Source of the DNA: Alphaproteobacteria bacterium
Lineage (GTDB): Bacteria > Pseudomonadota > Alphaproteobacteria > SMXQ01
Reading direction: 5' to 3'
Length of the DNA: 64,000 bases
Assembly (NCBI GenBank): GCA_038131655.1
Contig: JAYPPT010000002.1
Coordinates: 242,762 to 306,761 of the forward strand
Below, one piece after another: positions 33,101 through 43,650 of this stretch (its first letter is position 1; each line of letters opens with the position of its first letter). The notes under the pieces were generated by a model that was not told the origin of the DNA, searched no databases, and saw nothing but the letters and a program-made list of their open reading frames with translations. The position numbers were made by a program, and so were the translations under genes.

Positions 33101-34468
33101 ATGAATTTCATCACCCGTCTAATGGCACTGAGTGCCACAGCCTTCATGCTGGCGGGGCCGGCGCTGGCCGCCGAATTGCCCGATGCCACGAAGAAGATGC
33201 TGACCAAGCTCAAGATGGACGCATCCATCCTCAAGGGCCTCGATGATGAGTTGAAGATGCCCCCCGAATGGATCGCGGGCGCCAAGAAGGAAGGCAAGGT
33301 GACCTACTTCGGCACCTTCGGCCTGGGCGAATGGCCGGAGTTCATTGCGCCGTTCAAGGCGCGCTTTCCCTTCATCAATGTCGATCACCAGCGCGGCTCG
33401 CGGCTCGGCCGTGTGGACAAGCCGCTGATCGCCTTCAAGGAGGGCCGCGTGCTCGCCGATGTCATTGCCGCCATCGGCGCCCAGCTCAAGGGCTTCAAGG
33501 AGGCGGGGGCGCTCGAAGACCTGCGCGTGCTGCCCAATTTCAACCAGGCCGATCCCGACATGCGGGCAAAGGACGGCCTGTGGGTCGGCGAAAAGGTCAA
33601 GTACTGGTGCATCGCTTACAACACCAAGCTGGTGAAGAAATCGGAGCTGCCTAAAACCTGGGACGACTTGCTGAGCACAAAGGCGTTGCAGAACAAGAAT
33701 CTCGGCGTTTCCGATCGTCCCCACAACTGGATCCTGCCGCTGTGGACGACCAAGGGCGCGGCCTATACGCGCAACTACATCGATCGCTTCTTCAAGGAGG
33801 TGAATCCCCAGACCCGCAAGGAAGGCGCACGCGCCATCGTTACGCTCGCCATCGCCGGGGAATTTCACGCGGCCCTTCCGGCGACCGATTACCGCGTTGC
33901 CGAATACGCCGAAAAGGGCGCGCCGATTTCATGGCATTGCCCGGAACCGGTGCCGACGACAATTTCGGAGCTGGTCATCATCAAGGGCAGCAAGGCGCCC
34001 AACGCGAGCAAGATTTTCCTCAACTGGTACCTGTCCCGTGAAGGCCAGATCGCCCAGTACTATTCCACCGGCGCCGCGCCGGTGCACAAGGGGCTACAGG
34101 AAATCGGGTTCAGCGCTTATCCCGACCAGATCAAGGGCAAGAAGGCGGCGGTGCGCAGCGCCGACAGCCTGGAAAACGAATTCACCCTGGCTTTGCGCGC
34201 GTGGCACGCGGGCTGGAAGGCGGCGGGCGGCTTTGTCGCCGAGGCGCCCAAGGTGGTCAAGACGACGCTCGCCAAGATCGAGCGCGGCGGGCGCATGCTG
34301 CACTTCAAGGTCGGCGAGGCCATGCACAAGTCCAAGGTATCGGGGTCGCGCACGCAGATCACCATCGGCGGCAAGCCGGCGCGGCGCAACAAGCTGAAGG
34401 TCGGCATGAATTGCGCCGTGACTTACGGCGGCAACGGCTCCGAAGCCAAGTTGGTCGCCTGTCAGTAA
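33101..34468 (+). CDS. Orphan ABC-type extracellular solute-binding protein with an extra C-terminal basic domain
   Basis: Signal peptide (PALA-A), AKKEGKV, F..RFPFI, IAYNT.LV....PKTWDDLL, APNASKIFLNW.LS.EGQ; no permease or ATPase adjacent. Confidence 0.85.
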   Translation: MNFITRLMALSATAFMLAGPALAAELPDATKKMLTKLKMDASILKGLDDELKMPPEWIAGAKKEGKVTYFGTFGLGEWPEFIAPFKARFPFINVDHQRGSRLGRVDKPLIAFKEGRVLADVIAAIGAQLKGFKEAGALEDLRVLPNFNQADPDMRAKDGLWVGEKVKYWCIAYNTKLVKKSELPKTWDDLLSTKALQNKNLGVSDRPHNWILPLWTTKGAAYTRNYIDRFFKEVNPQTRKEGARAIVTLAIAGEFHAALPATDYRVAEYAEKGAPISWHCPEPVPTTISELVIIKGSKAPNASKIFLNWYLSREGQIAQYYSTGAAPVHKGLQEIGFSAYPDQIKGKKAAVRSADSLENEFTLALRAWHAGWKAAGGFVAEAPKVVKTTLAKIERGGRMLHFKVGEAMHKSKVSGSRTQITIGGKPARRNKLKVGMNCAVTYGGNGSEAKLVACQ

Positions 34469-34484
34469 GGCCGGCCGGAAATGC

Positions 34485-34519
34485 GAAAGGGGCGCGGAAG
34501 AAATCCCGCGCCCCTTTTC
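34485..34519. terminator. Bidirectional intrinsic terminator between the SBP gene and lexA
   Basis: GAAAGGGGCGCGG-loop-CCGCGCCCCTTTTC. Confidence 0.8.
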
Positions 34520-34539
34520 AATTCAGCCTGGACGATGCG

Positions 34540-35244
34540 TCAGTGATAACGCCGCATGATGCCGACGAGCTTGCCCTGCACCTTGACCTGGTCGGGGCCG
34601 AAGATGCGGGTTTCGTATTTCGCGTTGGCGGGTTCCAGCGCCACCGACTGGCCCTTGCGGCGCAGGCGCTTGAGCGTCACCTCGTTGTCTTCGACCAGCG
34701 CGACGACGATGGTGCCGTTCTCCGCCGTTTCGACCTGCTGGATAACGGCGATATCGCCGTCGAGGATGCCGGCTTCTTCCATCGAATCGCCTTCGACTTC
34801 CAGAGCGTAGTGTTCGCCGCGGCCGAGCATGTCCGGGGGCACGCCGATATAGGCGGAATGATCGCGCAGCGCCTCAATCGGGGTGCCGGCGGCGATCTTG
34901 CCGTAAAGCGGCAATTCAACCGCATCGCCGGGCTTGGCGACGGGGGCGCCCTTGAGGCCGGGGGAGGCAAAGGAGCCCTGGATGACCTTGGGGGCGAAGG
35001 ATTTGGGCGCCGCCGGGCGGGCTTCACTGCCTTCCGGTTCGCGCAGGATTTCGAGCGCCCGGGCACGGTGGGGCAGGCGGCGGATGAAGCCGCGTTCTTC
35101 AAGGCCCGAAATCAGGCGATGGATGCCGGACTTGGACTTGAGGTCGAGCGCTTCCTTCATTTCGTCGAAGGACGGGCAGACGCCGGTTTCCTTCAACCGG
35201 CCGCTGATGAAGGTGAGCAGTTCATGTTGCTTGCGCGTCAGCAT
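34540..35244 (-). CDS. lexA: SOS repressor LexA
   Basis: [21 protein letters not shown], cleavage site IAAG, GDSM, TLKR. Confidence 0.97.
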   Translation of the reverse strand: MLTRKQHELLTFISGRLKETGVCPSFDEMKEALDLKSKSGIHRLISGLEERGFIRRLPHRARALEILREPEGSEARPAAPKSFAPKVIQGSFASPGLKGAPVAKPGDAVELPLYGKIAAGTPIEALRDHSAYIGVPPDMLGRGEHYALEVEGDSMEEAGILDGDIAVIQQVETAENGTIVVALVEDNEVTLKRLRRKGQSVALEPANAKYETRIFGPDQVKVQGKLVGIMRRYH

Positions 35245-35294
35245 GGCGTTCCTAGCGTCGCTGCGGGCCGTCGCCGGGGCGAGGGCCGTGAATA

Positions 35295-35348
35295 GAACAA
35301 AACAAAAACGTCAATCCATGTTCTAGTTTAGTTCTTTTCCGGGGTCAA
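35295..35348 (-). promoter_or_regulatory. lexA promoter with alphaproteobacterial SOS boxes
   Basis: Perfect GTTC-N7-GTTC at 35320-35334, near-match GAAC-N7-AAAC at 35295-35309; minus-strand TTGACC-N17-TAGAAC overlaps the first box. Confidence 0.85.
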
Positions 35349-35375
35349 GCCCTTCGGCGCCGGGCCGGTCGGGCT

Positions 35376-36596
35376 TCAGGCGCCGTGAACGGCGTCCAGA
35401 GGCACGATGGCGACGATCTCCCCGGCCTCGGCGGCGGGCGCGTCGGGGGCGCGGCGGATCAGGCAGTCCGCCTGGGCGAGGCGCGACATCATGGAACTGT
35501 CCTGCACGGGGAAGGGGGTGGCGACGGGCAGATCGCCGCCGTCATCGGCGAGGGTGGCGCGGATATAGTCCTCGCGGAAATTATTGGCGCGAAGCGCCTT
35601 GGCCAGCCGCGCCCGCGCCATGGGCACGCCGTCGCCGGGCAGGCCCAGCATGGCATCGAGCGCGGGGCCGAGGAACAGGATCGCCGTCACCATGGAGGAC
35701 ACCGGGTTGCCAGGCAGGCCGAGCACATGGGTATCGCCGAGGCGGCCGAACATTAAGGGCTTACCCGGCTTCATCGCGATCTTCCAGAAATCCACCGTCA
35801 GGCCAGCCTGGCCCAGGACCTTTTGCACCAGGTCGTAATCGCCCACCGACACCCCGCCGGTGGTGATCAGAAGGTCGCTGCCGCGCGCGCCTTCGGTCAG
35901 GGCACTGAGCGAACCCGCCTCGTCGCGGGCGATGCCGAGATCGATCGGCACCCCGCCGCGCGCCCGGATGAAGGCGGCCAGCGCCGGGCCGTTGGAGGAG
36001 ACGATCTGGTTGGGACCGATGGGATCGCCAGGGCGCACCACTTCGTCGCCGGTCGCCAGGATGCAGACGCGTGGCGCGCGCCTCACGCTGATCCATGGGT
36101 GGTTCATGGCGGCGGCAAGGCCGATATCCCTCGCGCCGAGCCGTCGTCCGGCCTTCAGCAGCACCTGGCCCTCAGAAAAGTCGATCCCGGCGTCGCGGAT
36201 GTTCTCATGCGGTTCGGGGGCTTCGCGCACGGTCACCTTTGGGGCGCCCATGTCGGTGTCTTCCTGCAAGACCACCGCATCGGCCCCGGCGGGAACCGGC
36301 CCGCCGGTAAAGATGCGTACCGCCTGTCCCGGTCCCAAGGTGCCGTCGAAGGCGCCGCCCGCCGGGGCTTCGCCGATCACTTCCAGGGTGGCGGGCACCG
36401 ATGCCGCGTCCGCCGCCCGCACGGCGTAGCCGTCCATGGCGGAAACCGCGGTGGGCGGCTGCGTGCGCCGGGCGACCAGGTCCTCGGCCAGCACGCGCCC
36501 GACGGCGGCATCCAGCGCCACGGTTTCGGGCGCCAGCACCTTGAAGGCACTGCGGATGCGCGTCCGTGCGGCGTCGACGGAGAGCAAGTCGCTCAT
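35376..36596 (-). CDS. moeA: Molybdopterin molybdotransferase MoeA
   Basis: SAMDGYAV, RIFTGGPVP.GADAV, TGDE, TTGGVSVG, KPGKP, LPGNPVS, QDSS. Confidence 0.95.
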   Translation of the reverse strand: MSDLLSVDAARTRIRSAFKVLAPETVALDAAVGRVLAEDLVARRTQPPTAVSAMDGYAVRAADAASVPATLEVIGEAPAGGAFDGTLGPGQAVRIFTGGPVPAGADAVVLQEDTDMGAPKVTVREAPEPHENIRDAGIDFSEGQVLLKAGRRLGARDIGLAAAMNHPWISVRRAPRVCILATGDEVVRPGDPIGPNQIVSSNGPALAAFIRARGGVPIDLGIARDEAGSLSALTEGARGSDLLITTGGVSVGDYDLVQKVLGQAGLTVDFWKIAMKPGKPLMFGRLGDTHVLGLPGNPVSSMVTAILFLGPALDAMLGLPGDGVPMARARLAKALRANNFREDYIRATLADDGGDLPVATPFPVQDSSMMSRLAQADCLIRRAPDAPAAEAGEIVAIVPLDAVHGA

Positions 36597-36601
36597 GGGG
36601 T

Positions 36602-37084
36602 TCAGCCCTTGGCCTTGTATGTGCCCGAGCGCCCGCCCGCCTTGTGGGTCAGGTGAATATCGGTGATGCGCATGGATTTGTCCGCCGCCTTGCACATGTC
36701 ATAGACTGTCAGCGCCGCCACCGACACCGCGGTCAGCGCTTCCATTTCGACGCCGGTCTTGGCGGTGACCTTGCACGTCGCGGTGATATCTATGGCGGCG
36801 CTACCGTCCTTGGCGGCCTTCAGCTCGACCTTGACCGAGTTGAGCGCCAGCGGATGGCAAAGCGGAATCAGGTCGGGGGTCTTTTTCGCGCCCATGATGC
36901 CGGCCAGCCGGGCCACGGAAAACACGTCGCCCTTTTCAATGCCGCCTGACTGGATCGCTTTCAGGGTCGCCTTGGACACCTCGATCCGTCCGCTGGCGGT
37001 GGCGGTGCGCGCCGTGATCTTCTTGGCGCCGACATCCACCATGCGGGCGTTGCCCTTGCTGTCGAGATGGGTAAAGCGGGCCAT
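36602..37084 (-). CDS. moaC: Cyclic pyranopterin monophosphate synthase
   Basis: [31 protein letters not shown]. Confidence 0.96.
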   Translation of the reverse strand: MARFTHLDSKGNARMVDVGAKKITARTATASGRIEVSKATLKAIQSGGIEKGDVFSVARLAGIMGAKKTPDLIPLCHPLALNSVKVELKAAKDGSAAIDITATCKVTAKTGVEMEALTAVSVAALTVYDMCKAADKSMRITDIHLTHKAGGRSGTYKAKG

Positions 37085-37095
37085 GACGGAATCCT

Positions 37096-37911
37096 TCAGG
37101 AAAGGGTTGCGGACGTGGGGACGGGGCCGATCAGGGCCTTGACCGCTTCGGTGACGTCCGGCTGGCGCATCAGGGATTCGCCGACCAGGAAGCTGCGCAC
37201 GCCGGTCTTGCCCATGCGCGCGATGTCGTTGCTGTCGCGGATGCCCGATTCGCACACCAGCATCGCGCCCTTGGGCGCCAGCGGTGCGAGGTGTTCGGTC
37301 ACGGCAAGATCGGTGGTCAAGGTCTTGAGATCGCGGTTGTTGATGCCGATGAAACCGGTTTCCAGCCTGGCCGCGCGTTCCATTTCGGTCTCGTCATGTA
37401 CTTCGACCAGCGCATCCATGCCGTATTGCTTGGCCGCCGCCGCCAGCTCGGCGGCCAGCCCATCGTCCAGCACCGCCATGATCAGCAGCACGCAGTCCGC
37501 GCCGAGCGCACGGCTTTCGGCGATCTGCCACGGATCCACCATGAAATCCTTGCGCAGCACCGGCAGCATGCATGCCGCGCGCGCTTCGCGCAGGTAATCG
37601 TCGCAGCCCTGGAAATAGGGCCCGTCGGTCAGCACCGACAGGCAGGCGGCGCCGCCCGCCTCATAAGCCTTGGCGAGCGCAGCAGGGTCGAAATCGGGGC
37701 GGATGAGCCCCGCCGACGGGCTCGCCTTCTTGATCTCGGCGATCAGGCCGACGCCGTTCTGGGCGTGCTTGACCGACAGCGCGGCGCGAAACCAGCGCAC
37801 CGGCGGCGCGGTTTCCGTCGCCGCCTCCAGTTCCGCCAGTGGCCGGGCGGCCTTGCGCTTGCCCACGGTTTCGCGGGTGCGGGTGCAAATCTCGGCAAGC
37901 TTGTCGGTCAT
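37096..37911 (-). CDS. trpC: Indole-3-glycerol phosphate synthase
   Basis: [39 protein letters not shown]. Confidence 0.96.
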   Translation of the reverse strand: MTDKLAEICTRTRETVGKRKAARPLAELEAATETAPPVRWFRAALSVKHAQNGVGLIAEIKKASPSAGLIRPDFDPAALAKAYEAGGAACLSVLTDGPYFQGCDDYLREARAACMLPVLRKDFMVDPWQIAESRALGADCVLLIMAVLDDGLAAELAAAAKQYGMDALVEVHDETEMERAARLETGFIGINNRDLKTLTTDLAVTEHLAPLAPKGAMLVCESGIRDSNDIARMGKTGVRSFLVGESLMRQPDVTEAVKALIGPVPTSATLS

Positions 37912-37918
37912 GGGGCCA

Positions 37919-38944
37919 TCAACCACGGGTAATGGCGATCAGGCGCTCAAGGGTCTTGAGCGCGGCGCCCGAATCGATCATTTCCGCGGCGGTGGCGATG
38001 CCCGCCTTGATATCGGCGGCCTTGCCCGCGACCACCAGGGCGGCACCGGCGTTGAGAAGCACGATCTCGCGGTAGGCGCCCGGCGCCCCGTTCAGCATCT
38101 CGGTAATGGCCTTGGCATTGGTGGCGGGATCGCCGCCCTTGAGCTCCTGCGGGTCCACCCGCTTCAGCCCGGCGTCCTCGGGGGTGATTTCAAAGGTCGT
38201 GACCTTGCCGTCCTTCAGTTCCGATACCGTGCTGGCGCCGGTGGTGGTGAGTTCGTCGAGCCCGTCGGAGCCATGCACCACCCAAGCGGCTTCGGAGCCG
38301 AGCTGGCCCAGCACCTCGGCCATCGGTTCGGTCCACTGGCGGTGGAACACCCCGATCAGCTGGCGGGTGGTGCCCGCCGGGTTCGACAGCGGGCCGAGCA
38401 GGTTGAAGATCGTCCGCGTGCCGAGCTCGACTCGCGTCGGGCCGACGTGACGCATGGCGGCGTGGTGGCGCGGCGCCATCAGGAAACCGATGCCCGCCTC
38501 GTTGATGGATTTTTCGACCAGCGCCATGTCGGCTTCGATGTTGACGCCGAGCGCGGCCAGCACATCGGCGGAGCCGGACTTGGACGACAGCGCTCGGTTG
38601 CCGTGCTTGGCCACCGGCACCCCGGCAGCGGCGACCACCAGGGCCGCGCCGGTGGAAATGTTATAGGTGCCGCTGGCATCGCCGCCGGTGCCGCAGGTAT
38701 CTATGGCACCGCGCGGTGCCTTCACCGACAGGGCCTTGGCGCGCATGACCTTGGCGGCGCCCGCGATTTCATCCACGGTTTCGCCGCGGACCCGAAGCGC
38801 CATCAGGAAGCCGCCCATTTGCGACGGCGTGGCATCGCCGGACATGATGATTTCGAAGGCCTGTTCGGCGGCGGCACGGCTTAGCGGCTCGCCGTCGGCG
38901 ACATGCGCGATCAGCGCCTTGAAATCAGTGAATTGTCCGTTCAT
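37919..38944 (-). CDS. trpD: Anthranilate phosphoribosyltransferase
   Basis: [37 protein letters not shown]. Confidence 0.97.
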   Translation of the reverse strand: MNGQFTDFKALIAHVADGEPLSRAAAEQAFEIIMSGDATPSQMGGFLMALRVRGETVDEIAGAAKVMRAKALSVKAPRGAIDTCGTGGDASGTYNISTGAALVVAAAGVPVAKHGNRALSSKSGSADVLAALGVNIEADMALVEKSINEAGIGFLMAPRHHAAMRHVGPTRVELGTRTIFNLLGPLSNPAGTTRQLIGVFHRQWTEPMAEVLGQLGSEAAWVVHGSDGLDELTTTGASTVSELKDGKVTTFEITPEDAGLKRVDPQELKGGDPATNAKAITEMLNGAPGAYREIVLLNAGAALVVAGKAADIKAGIATAAEMIDSGAALKTLERLIAITRG

Positions 38945-39528
38945 GCGGCGAGACCCCCTGTGGTCGCGAGATTGAGAAAATTGCGCAAGATATCGTGTCC
39001 CCCGGCGGAGGCGATGCTTTCGGGATGGAACTGGACCCCATGCACCGGCAAGCTTCGGTGTGCGAGCCCCATGATCAGCCCGTCATCGGTTTCCGCCGTG
39101 ACGCGCAGGCAATCGGGCAGGGTCTCGCGCTCCACCACCAGCGAATGGTAGCGCGTGGCGGCGAGGGGCGAGGGCAGCCCCTGGAACAGCCCGGTGCCGT
39201 CGTGGCGGATCTGGCTGATCTTGCCGTGCATCGGCACCGCGGCGCGCACGACGTGCCCGCCAAAGGCCTGGCCGATGGCTTGATGGCCGAGGCAGACGCC
39301 GAGCAGGGGCCGCTTGCCTGCCGCTTCCCTGATGACGTCGAGACAGATTCCGGCGCGGTCCGGGTCGCAGGGACCGGGCGACAGCACGATGCCTTCGTCG
39401 CCCAGTGCCAGCGCTTCGGCCACGCTGATGGCGTCGTTGCGTCGCACCGTGACGGCGGCCCCCAACTCGCCCAGGTAGTGGACGAGGTTGTAAGTGAAAC
39501 TGTCGTAATTATCTATGAGCAGAAACAT
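38941..39528 (-). CDS. trpG: Anthranilate synthase component II (glutamine amidotransferase)
   Basis: [33 protein letters not shown]. Confidence 0.95.
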   Translation of the reverse strand: MFLLIDNYDSFTYNLVHYLGELGAAVTVRRNDAISVAEALALGDEGIVLSPGPCDPDRAGICLDVIREAAGKRPLLGVCLGHQAIGQAFGGHVVRAAVPMHGKISQIRHDGTGLFQGLPSPLAATRYHSLVVERETLPDCLRVTAETDDGLIMGLAHRSLPVHGVQFHPESIASAGGHDILRNFLNLATTGGLAA

Positions 39529-39706
39529 ATCAATGGGTTATATCTTATTTCTTATTCATCGCACGAATTGTGCCTTTGTCTTATAGCAGCCGCGCCGGAC
39601 GCACGGAAGTGGCGCGACAGATTAGTCCCGCCCTTGCGTGGCGCAAAGGTTTTCCCCACATTGGAGCACTGGTCTTCCGAACCCTTGTCGAACGGATTTT
39701 TTTGCC

Positions 39707-41929
39707 ATGGCCCCGGCCGATAAACCGCCTGCCTGTCACCACACTCCGGCGCCCGCGCCGGAACACGCCTGCTGTCACGGCGCCGCCCCGGCGAAGCCCG
39801 CCGGTGTTGCCGTCAGTGGCTATACCTGCCCCATGCATCCGGAAGTGCAAAGCCCGACGCCCGGTGACTGCCCCAAATGCGGCATGGCGCTGGAGCCGGT
39901 GGCGGGCAGTGCCGAGACCGGGCCCAGCCCGGAGCTGCAAAGCATGACGCGGCGCTTTTGGGGATCGCTGGTTTTCACCTTGCCGCTGCTTTTCTTCGCC
40001 ATGGGCGAATTGCTGCCGTTCTGGCCGAAGGATGGCGTGTTTTCCCACAGCGTGGACCGCTGGGTGCAGTTCGCCCTGGCGACGCCGGTACTGCTTTGGG
40101 GCGGCTGGCCGTTTTTTGTTCGTGGCTGGCAATCGGTGCTGAACCGCAGCCTCAACATGTTCACCCTGATCGCCATGGGCACCGGCGTGGCCTACGTCTT
40201 CAGCGCCATCGGTGTCATCGCGCCGCACATTTTTCCGGCATCGTTCCGCGTTCACGGCGGCGAGGTCGGACTGTATTTCGAGGCGGCGGCGGTGATCGTT
40301 ACCCTGGTCCTGCTCGGCCAGGTGCTGGAACTGCGCGCCCGTGAGCGCACGTCCGGTGCCATGCGGGCGTTGCTCGATCTTGCGCCCCGGACGGCGCGAC
40401 GTATCGGGCCCGGCGACAAGGACGAAGACGTGGCGCTGGAAAGCGTGCAGGTGGGTGATCGCCTGCGCGTGCGTCCCGGCGAAAAAGTGCCGGTGGACGG
40501 CGTGATCGAGGAAGGGTCCAGCGCCATCGACGAATCGATGATGACCGGCGAACCGATCCCGGTGGAAAAACACACAGGCGACCGGGTGACCGGCGCCACC
40601 CTGAACGGCGCGGGCGGCTTCGTCATGCGGGCGGACAAGGTCGGCACCGATACCTTGCTGGCGCGGATCGTCAAGATGGTTGCCGATGCGCAGCGCACCC
40701 GCGCGCCGATCCATCGCCTTGCTGATCGGGTCGCGGGCTGGTTCGTGCCTGCGGTTATCGCCATCGCGGTGATTACCTTTATCGCCTGGGCGGTTTTCGG
40801 ACCGCCCCCGGCACTGGCTTTCGCTGTGGTCAACGCGGTGGCGGTGCTGATTATCGCCTGTCCTTGCGCGCTGGGCCTGGCGACGCCGATGTCGATCATG
40901 GTCGGCACCGGCCGCGCGGCGCGGGCGGGCGTGCTGTTCCGCGACGCCGAGGCACTGGAGCGTCTGGAAAAGGTGGATACCCTGGTGGTCGACAAGACCG
41001 GGACCCTGACCCTGGGCAAGCCCGCCTTTAGCGGCGTTGAAAGCGTTGGGGGGATCGAATCCAACGAGGTGTTGGCTCTGGCCGCGGCGCTGGAAAAAGG
41101 CAGCGAGCATCCGTTGGCGACCGCCATTCTGAGCGGCGCCGAGGCGTCGTCCCTTGCCCTGCCGGCGGTGGAGAATTTCAAGGTGCATCCGGGCAAGGGG
41201 GTCAGCGGTCGCATAGATGGCGCCGAGGTGGCGCTCGGCAACCGGGCGCTGATGGATGATGTCGGCGTCGTGCTAGCCGCTTTGGCGGGCGAAGCCGACA
41301 ACCGGCGCCGCGATGGCGCCACGGTGATGTTCGTTGCCCGTGACGGTGCGGCATTGGGCTTCGTCGCCGTGGCAGACCCGATCAAGGAAACCAGCGCTGA
41401 AGCGGTCAAGACACTTCAGGGTGACGGCGTTCATGTCGTCATGCTGACCGGGGACACGCTGCTGACCGCGCAGGCGGTGGCGCAGAAGCTCGGCATTGAC
41501 GATGTGCGCCCCGATGTCCTGCCCGAAGGCAAGAGCGAAATCGTCAAGGCGCTGAAAGCGGGGGGTGCCGTTGTCGCCATGGCGGGCGACGGCGTCAACG
41601 ATGCCCCGGCACTGGCTGCCGCCGATGTCGGCATCGCCATGGGCGCGGGCACCGACGTGGCGATGGAAAGCGCGGGCGTGACGCTGGTGAAGGGGGATCT
41701 GCGGGCGATTGCGCGGGCACGGCTGATGTCGCGCCTGACCATGCGCAACATTCGCGAAAACCTGCTGTTCGCCTTCGGCTACAATGGCCTGGGCATACCC
41801 ATCGCGGCCGGGGTTCTTTACCCGGTGTTCGGCCTGTTGTTGTCGCCGATGATCGCGGGTGCTGCCATGAGCCTGAGCTCGGTTTCGGTGATCGCTAACG
41901 CGCTGCGTCTCAACCGGGCACGGATCTGA
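39707..41929 (+). CDS. copA: Copper/silver-translocating P1B-type ATPase
   Basis: N-terminal YTCPMHP..CPKCGM, TGEP, CPCALG, DKTGTLT, SEHP, GDGVND, YN..GIP, MSLSS. Confidence 0.92.
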   Translation: MAPADKPPACHHTPAPAPEHACCHGAAPAKPAGVAVSGYTCPMHPEVQSPTPGDCPKCGMALEPVAGSAETGPSPELQSMTRRFWGSLVFTLPLLFFAMGELLPFWPKDGVFSHSVDRWVQFALATPVLLWGGWPFFVRGWQSVLNRSLNMFTLIAMGTGVAYVFSAIGVIAPHIFPASFRVHGGEVGLYFEAAAVIVTLVLLGQVLELRARERTSGAMRALLDLAPRTARRIGPGDKDEDVALESVQVGDRLRVRPGEKVPVDGVIEEGSSAIDESMMTGEPIPVEKHTGDRVTGATLNGAGGFVMRADKVGTDTLLARIVKMVADAQRTRAPIHRLADRVAGWFVPAVIAIAVITFIAWAVFGPPPALAFAVVNAVAVLIIACPCALGLATPMSIMVGTGRAARAGVLFRDAEALERLEKVDTLVVDKTGTLTLGKPAFSGVESVGGIESNEVLALAAALEKGSEHPLATAILSGAEASSLALPAVENFKVHPGKGVSGRIDGAEVALGNRALMDDVGVVLAALAGEADNRRRDGATVMFVARDGAALGFVAVADPIKETSAEAVKTLQGDGVHVVMLTGDTLLTAQAVAQKLGIDDVRPDVLPEGKSEIVKALKAGGAVVAMAGDGVNDAPALAAADVGIAMGAGTDVAMESAGVTLVKGDLRAIARARLMSRLTMRNIRENLLFAFGYNGLGIPIAAGVLYPVFGLLLSPMIAGAAMSLSSVSVIANALRLNRARI

Positions 41930-41953
41930 CTTGGGCCGCCGTAGAAACCCAGC

Positions 41954-43024
41954 TTGAAGAAGCCCCGCCGCCGACCGGCCTGCCACGCGGGCTCGATGTC
42001 GCCGCTGGCCCTGGGCCTGGCGCTCATCGCCGCCGTCGTGGGCGGCATTGCGCTGGGCATCGGCGTGGCCTGGCTCGCGGGCGTGCTGAAGCCCGATGCG
42101 AAGGTGGGGCTCGGCGATGTTGCCTATCCGGTGTCCCGCGAGGCTTCTTCGGAACTGGAGCCGCGTCCCGATCCGCGCAAACCGCGTCCCCGCCTGGCAA
42201 TCAAGCCTGGCGTGGAGATCGAAACACCGGCCCTGATCCCGGCCCCGTTGCAGGCCACCCGCACGCCAACCGAAACCGCATCGCTGGCCGCTACCGTGCC
42301 CGCCTGGCGGCGGCTTGCGTCTCGCGTAGCATTACAGGCGGGCGTGCCGATGATCGGTATCGTGATCGACGATCTGGGGCTGGACCATCCGCGCACGGCA
42401 CGGGCCATGCGTCTGCCCGCACCGGTGACACTAGCCTTTCTCTCATACGGCAACCGGCTGGCGGAGGAGACCGCGGCGGCGCGGGCGGTGGGCCATGAAC
42501 TTCTGGTTCATGTCCCGATGGAGCCGCAGGGGCCCGCGATGGATCCCGGCCCCAATGTGCTGCGTGCCGGCGATGATGCGGCGCAAATCCGCGCCCGGCT
42601 GGACTGGGCGCTTGGCCGCTTCACCGGGTTCGTCGGTATCAACAATCACATGGGCTCGAAATTCACCGCCGATGCGGCGGCCATGGATATCGTGGCGCAG
42701 GAACTGAAGGCGCGGGGATTGCTGTTTCTCGATTCACGCACCTCCGCCGCGACCCGGGCGTTTGAGCGTGCCCGTGCCGCCGGGGTGCCCGCCGCGTCAC
42801 GGGGGATTTTTCTCGACCGTGAACTGAACCCCGACGCGGTACGCCAGCGCCTTGCCGATCTGGAGGCGCAGGCGCGCAAGCACGGCCGCGCCATCGCCAT
42901 CGGTCATCCCCATGACGTGACCCTGGATGCATTGGAGGCGTGGCTGCCGACACTCGGCGCCAAGGGCCTTCAACTGGCGCCGGTCAGCGCATTGGTGGAA
43001 AGCGACGCCGTTGCCGCGCGCTAG
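41954..43024 (+). CDS. Divergent polysaccharide deacetylase family protein (YibQ-like)
   Basis: N-terminal TM, IVIDDLG, HVPMEP, GINNHMGSKFT, FLDSRT, AIAIGHP; start uncertain. Confidence 0.88.
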   Translation: MKKPRRRPACHAGSMSPLALGLALIAAVVGGIALGIGVAWLAGVLKPDAKVGLGDVAYPVSREASSELEPRPDPRKPRPRLAIKPGVEIETPALIPAPLQATRTPTETASLAATVPAWRRLASRVALQAGVPMIGIVIDDLGLDHPRTARAMRLPAPVTLAFLSYGNRLAEETAAARAVGHELLVHVPMEPQGPAMDPGPNVLRAGDDAAQIRARLDWALGRFTGFVGINNHMGSKFTADAAAMDIVAQELKARGLLFLDSRTSAATRAFERARAAGVPAASRGIFLDRELNPDAVRQRLADLEAQARKHGRAIAIGHPHDVTLDALEAWLPTLGAKGLQLAPVSALVESDAVAAR

Positions 43025-43035
43025 GAAGGCATTGC

Positions 43036-43650
43036 TTACGGTTTGACGTAGCCGTAATTGACGACCTTCTTCACGCCTTCGGTCTTGGCGATCACGGACA
43101 GGAGCTTTTTCATTTCCTCGCTCGAGCGCGCACGACCAAGGACATAGACGGTGCTGAAGGCATCAATCGCCGTCTTGAAGTTCACATCGGCAACCCCGCG
43201 GGTCTTGATCATGTTGGTGCGCACCTTGGCGGCAACCACCAGCGCATCCTTCCAGTCCAGCATCTGTGACTTGCGGCGCTCCTGGTTCTTTTTCGACATG
43301 TAGCGCGCATGCCAGTAGAGCTTCTTCACGCCCTTCACTTTTTTCACGCCGGCGCGGAACTTGTCGTAGGCCGCCTTGTCGTCAAAAATGCCGGTGATCA
43401 GCAGGTGCTGTTCGTAAATCTCGGTCGAGGCCTTGATGGTGCCCAGGTTGGCCATCACCTTGTTGACGTCGATCACGATGCGGTTGTCCTCAAAGATGTC
43501 GCCGGCTTTGCGGGCCTCGATGGCGCGATCCACCAGGGTCTTGGGCGCGGTCAGGAAGTCCATGAGCTGGGCCGGCGCGGGAGCGGCGTGCAGGACGAGG
43601 GCGAGCGCGGCCGAGGCAAAGATGGTGCGAAATCCGGGCGCGCAATGCAT
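43036..43650 (-). CDS. Periplasmic protein with two BON domains (DolP/OsmY-like)
   Basis: Signal peptide; LLITG...GVKK and VYVLGRARS..E......GV.KVVN repeats. Confidence 0.75.
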   Translation of the reverse strand: MHCAPGFRTIFASAALALVLHAAPAPAQLMDFLTAPKTLVDRAIEARKAGDIFEDNRIVIDVNKVMANLGTIKASTEIYEQHLLITGIFDDKAAYDKFRAGVKKVKGVKKLYWHARYMSKKNQERRKSQMLDWKDALVVAAKVRTNMIKTRGVADVNFKTAIDAFSTVYVLGRARSSEEMKKLLSVIAKTEGVKKVVNYGYVKP

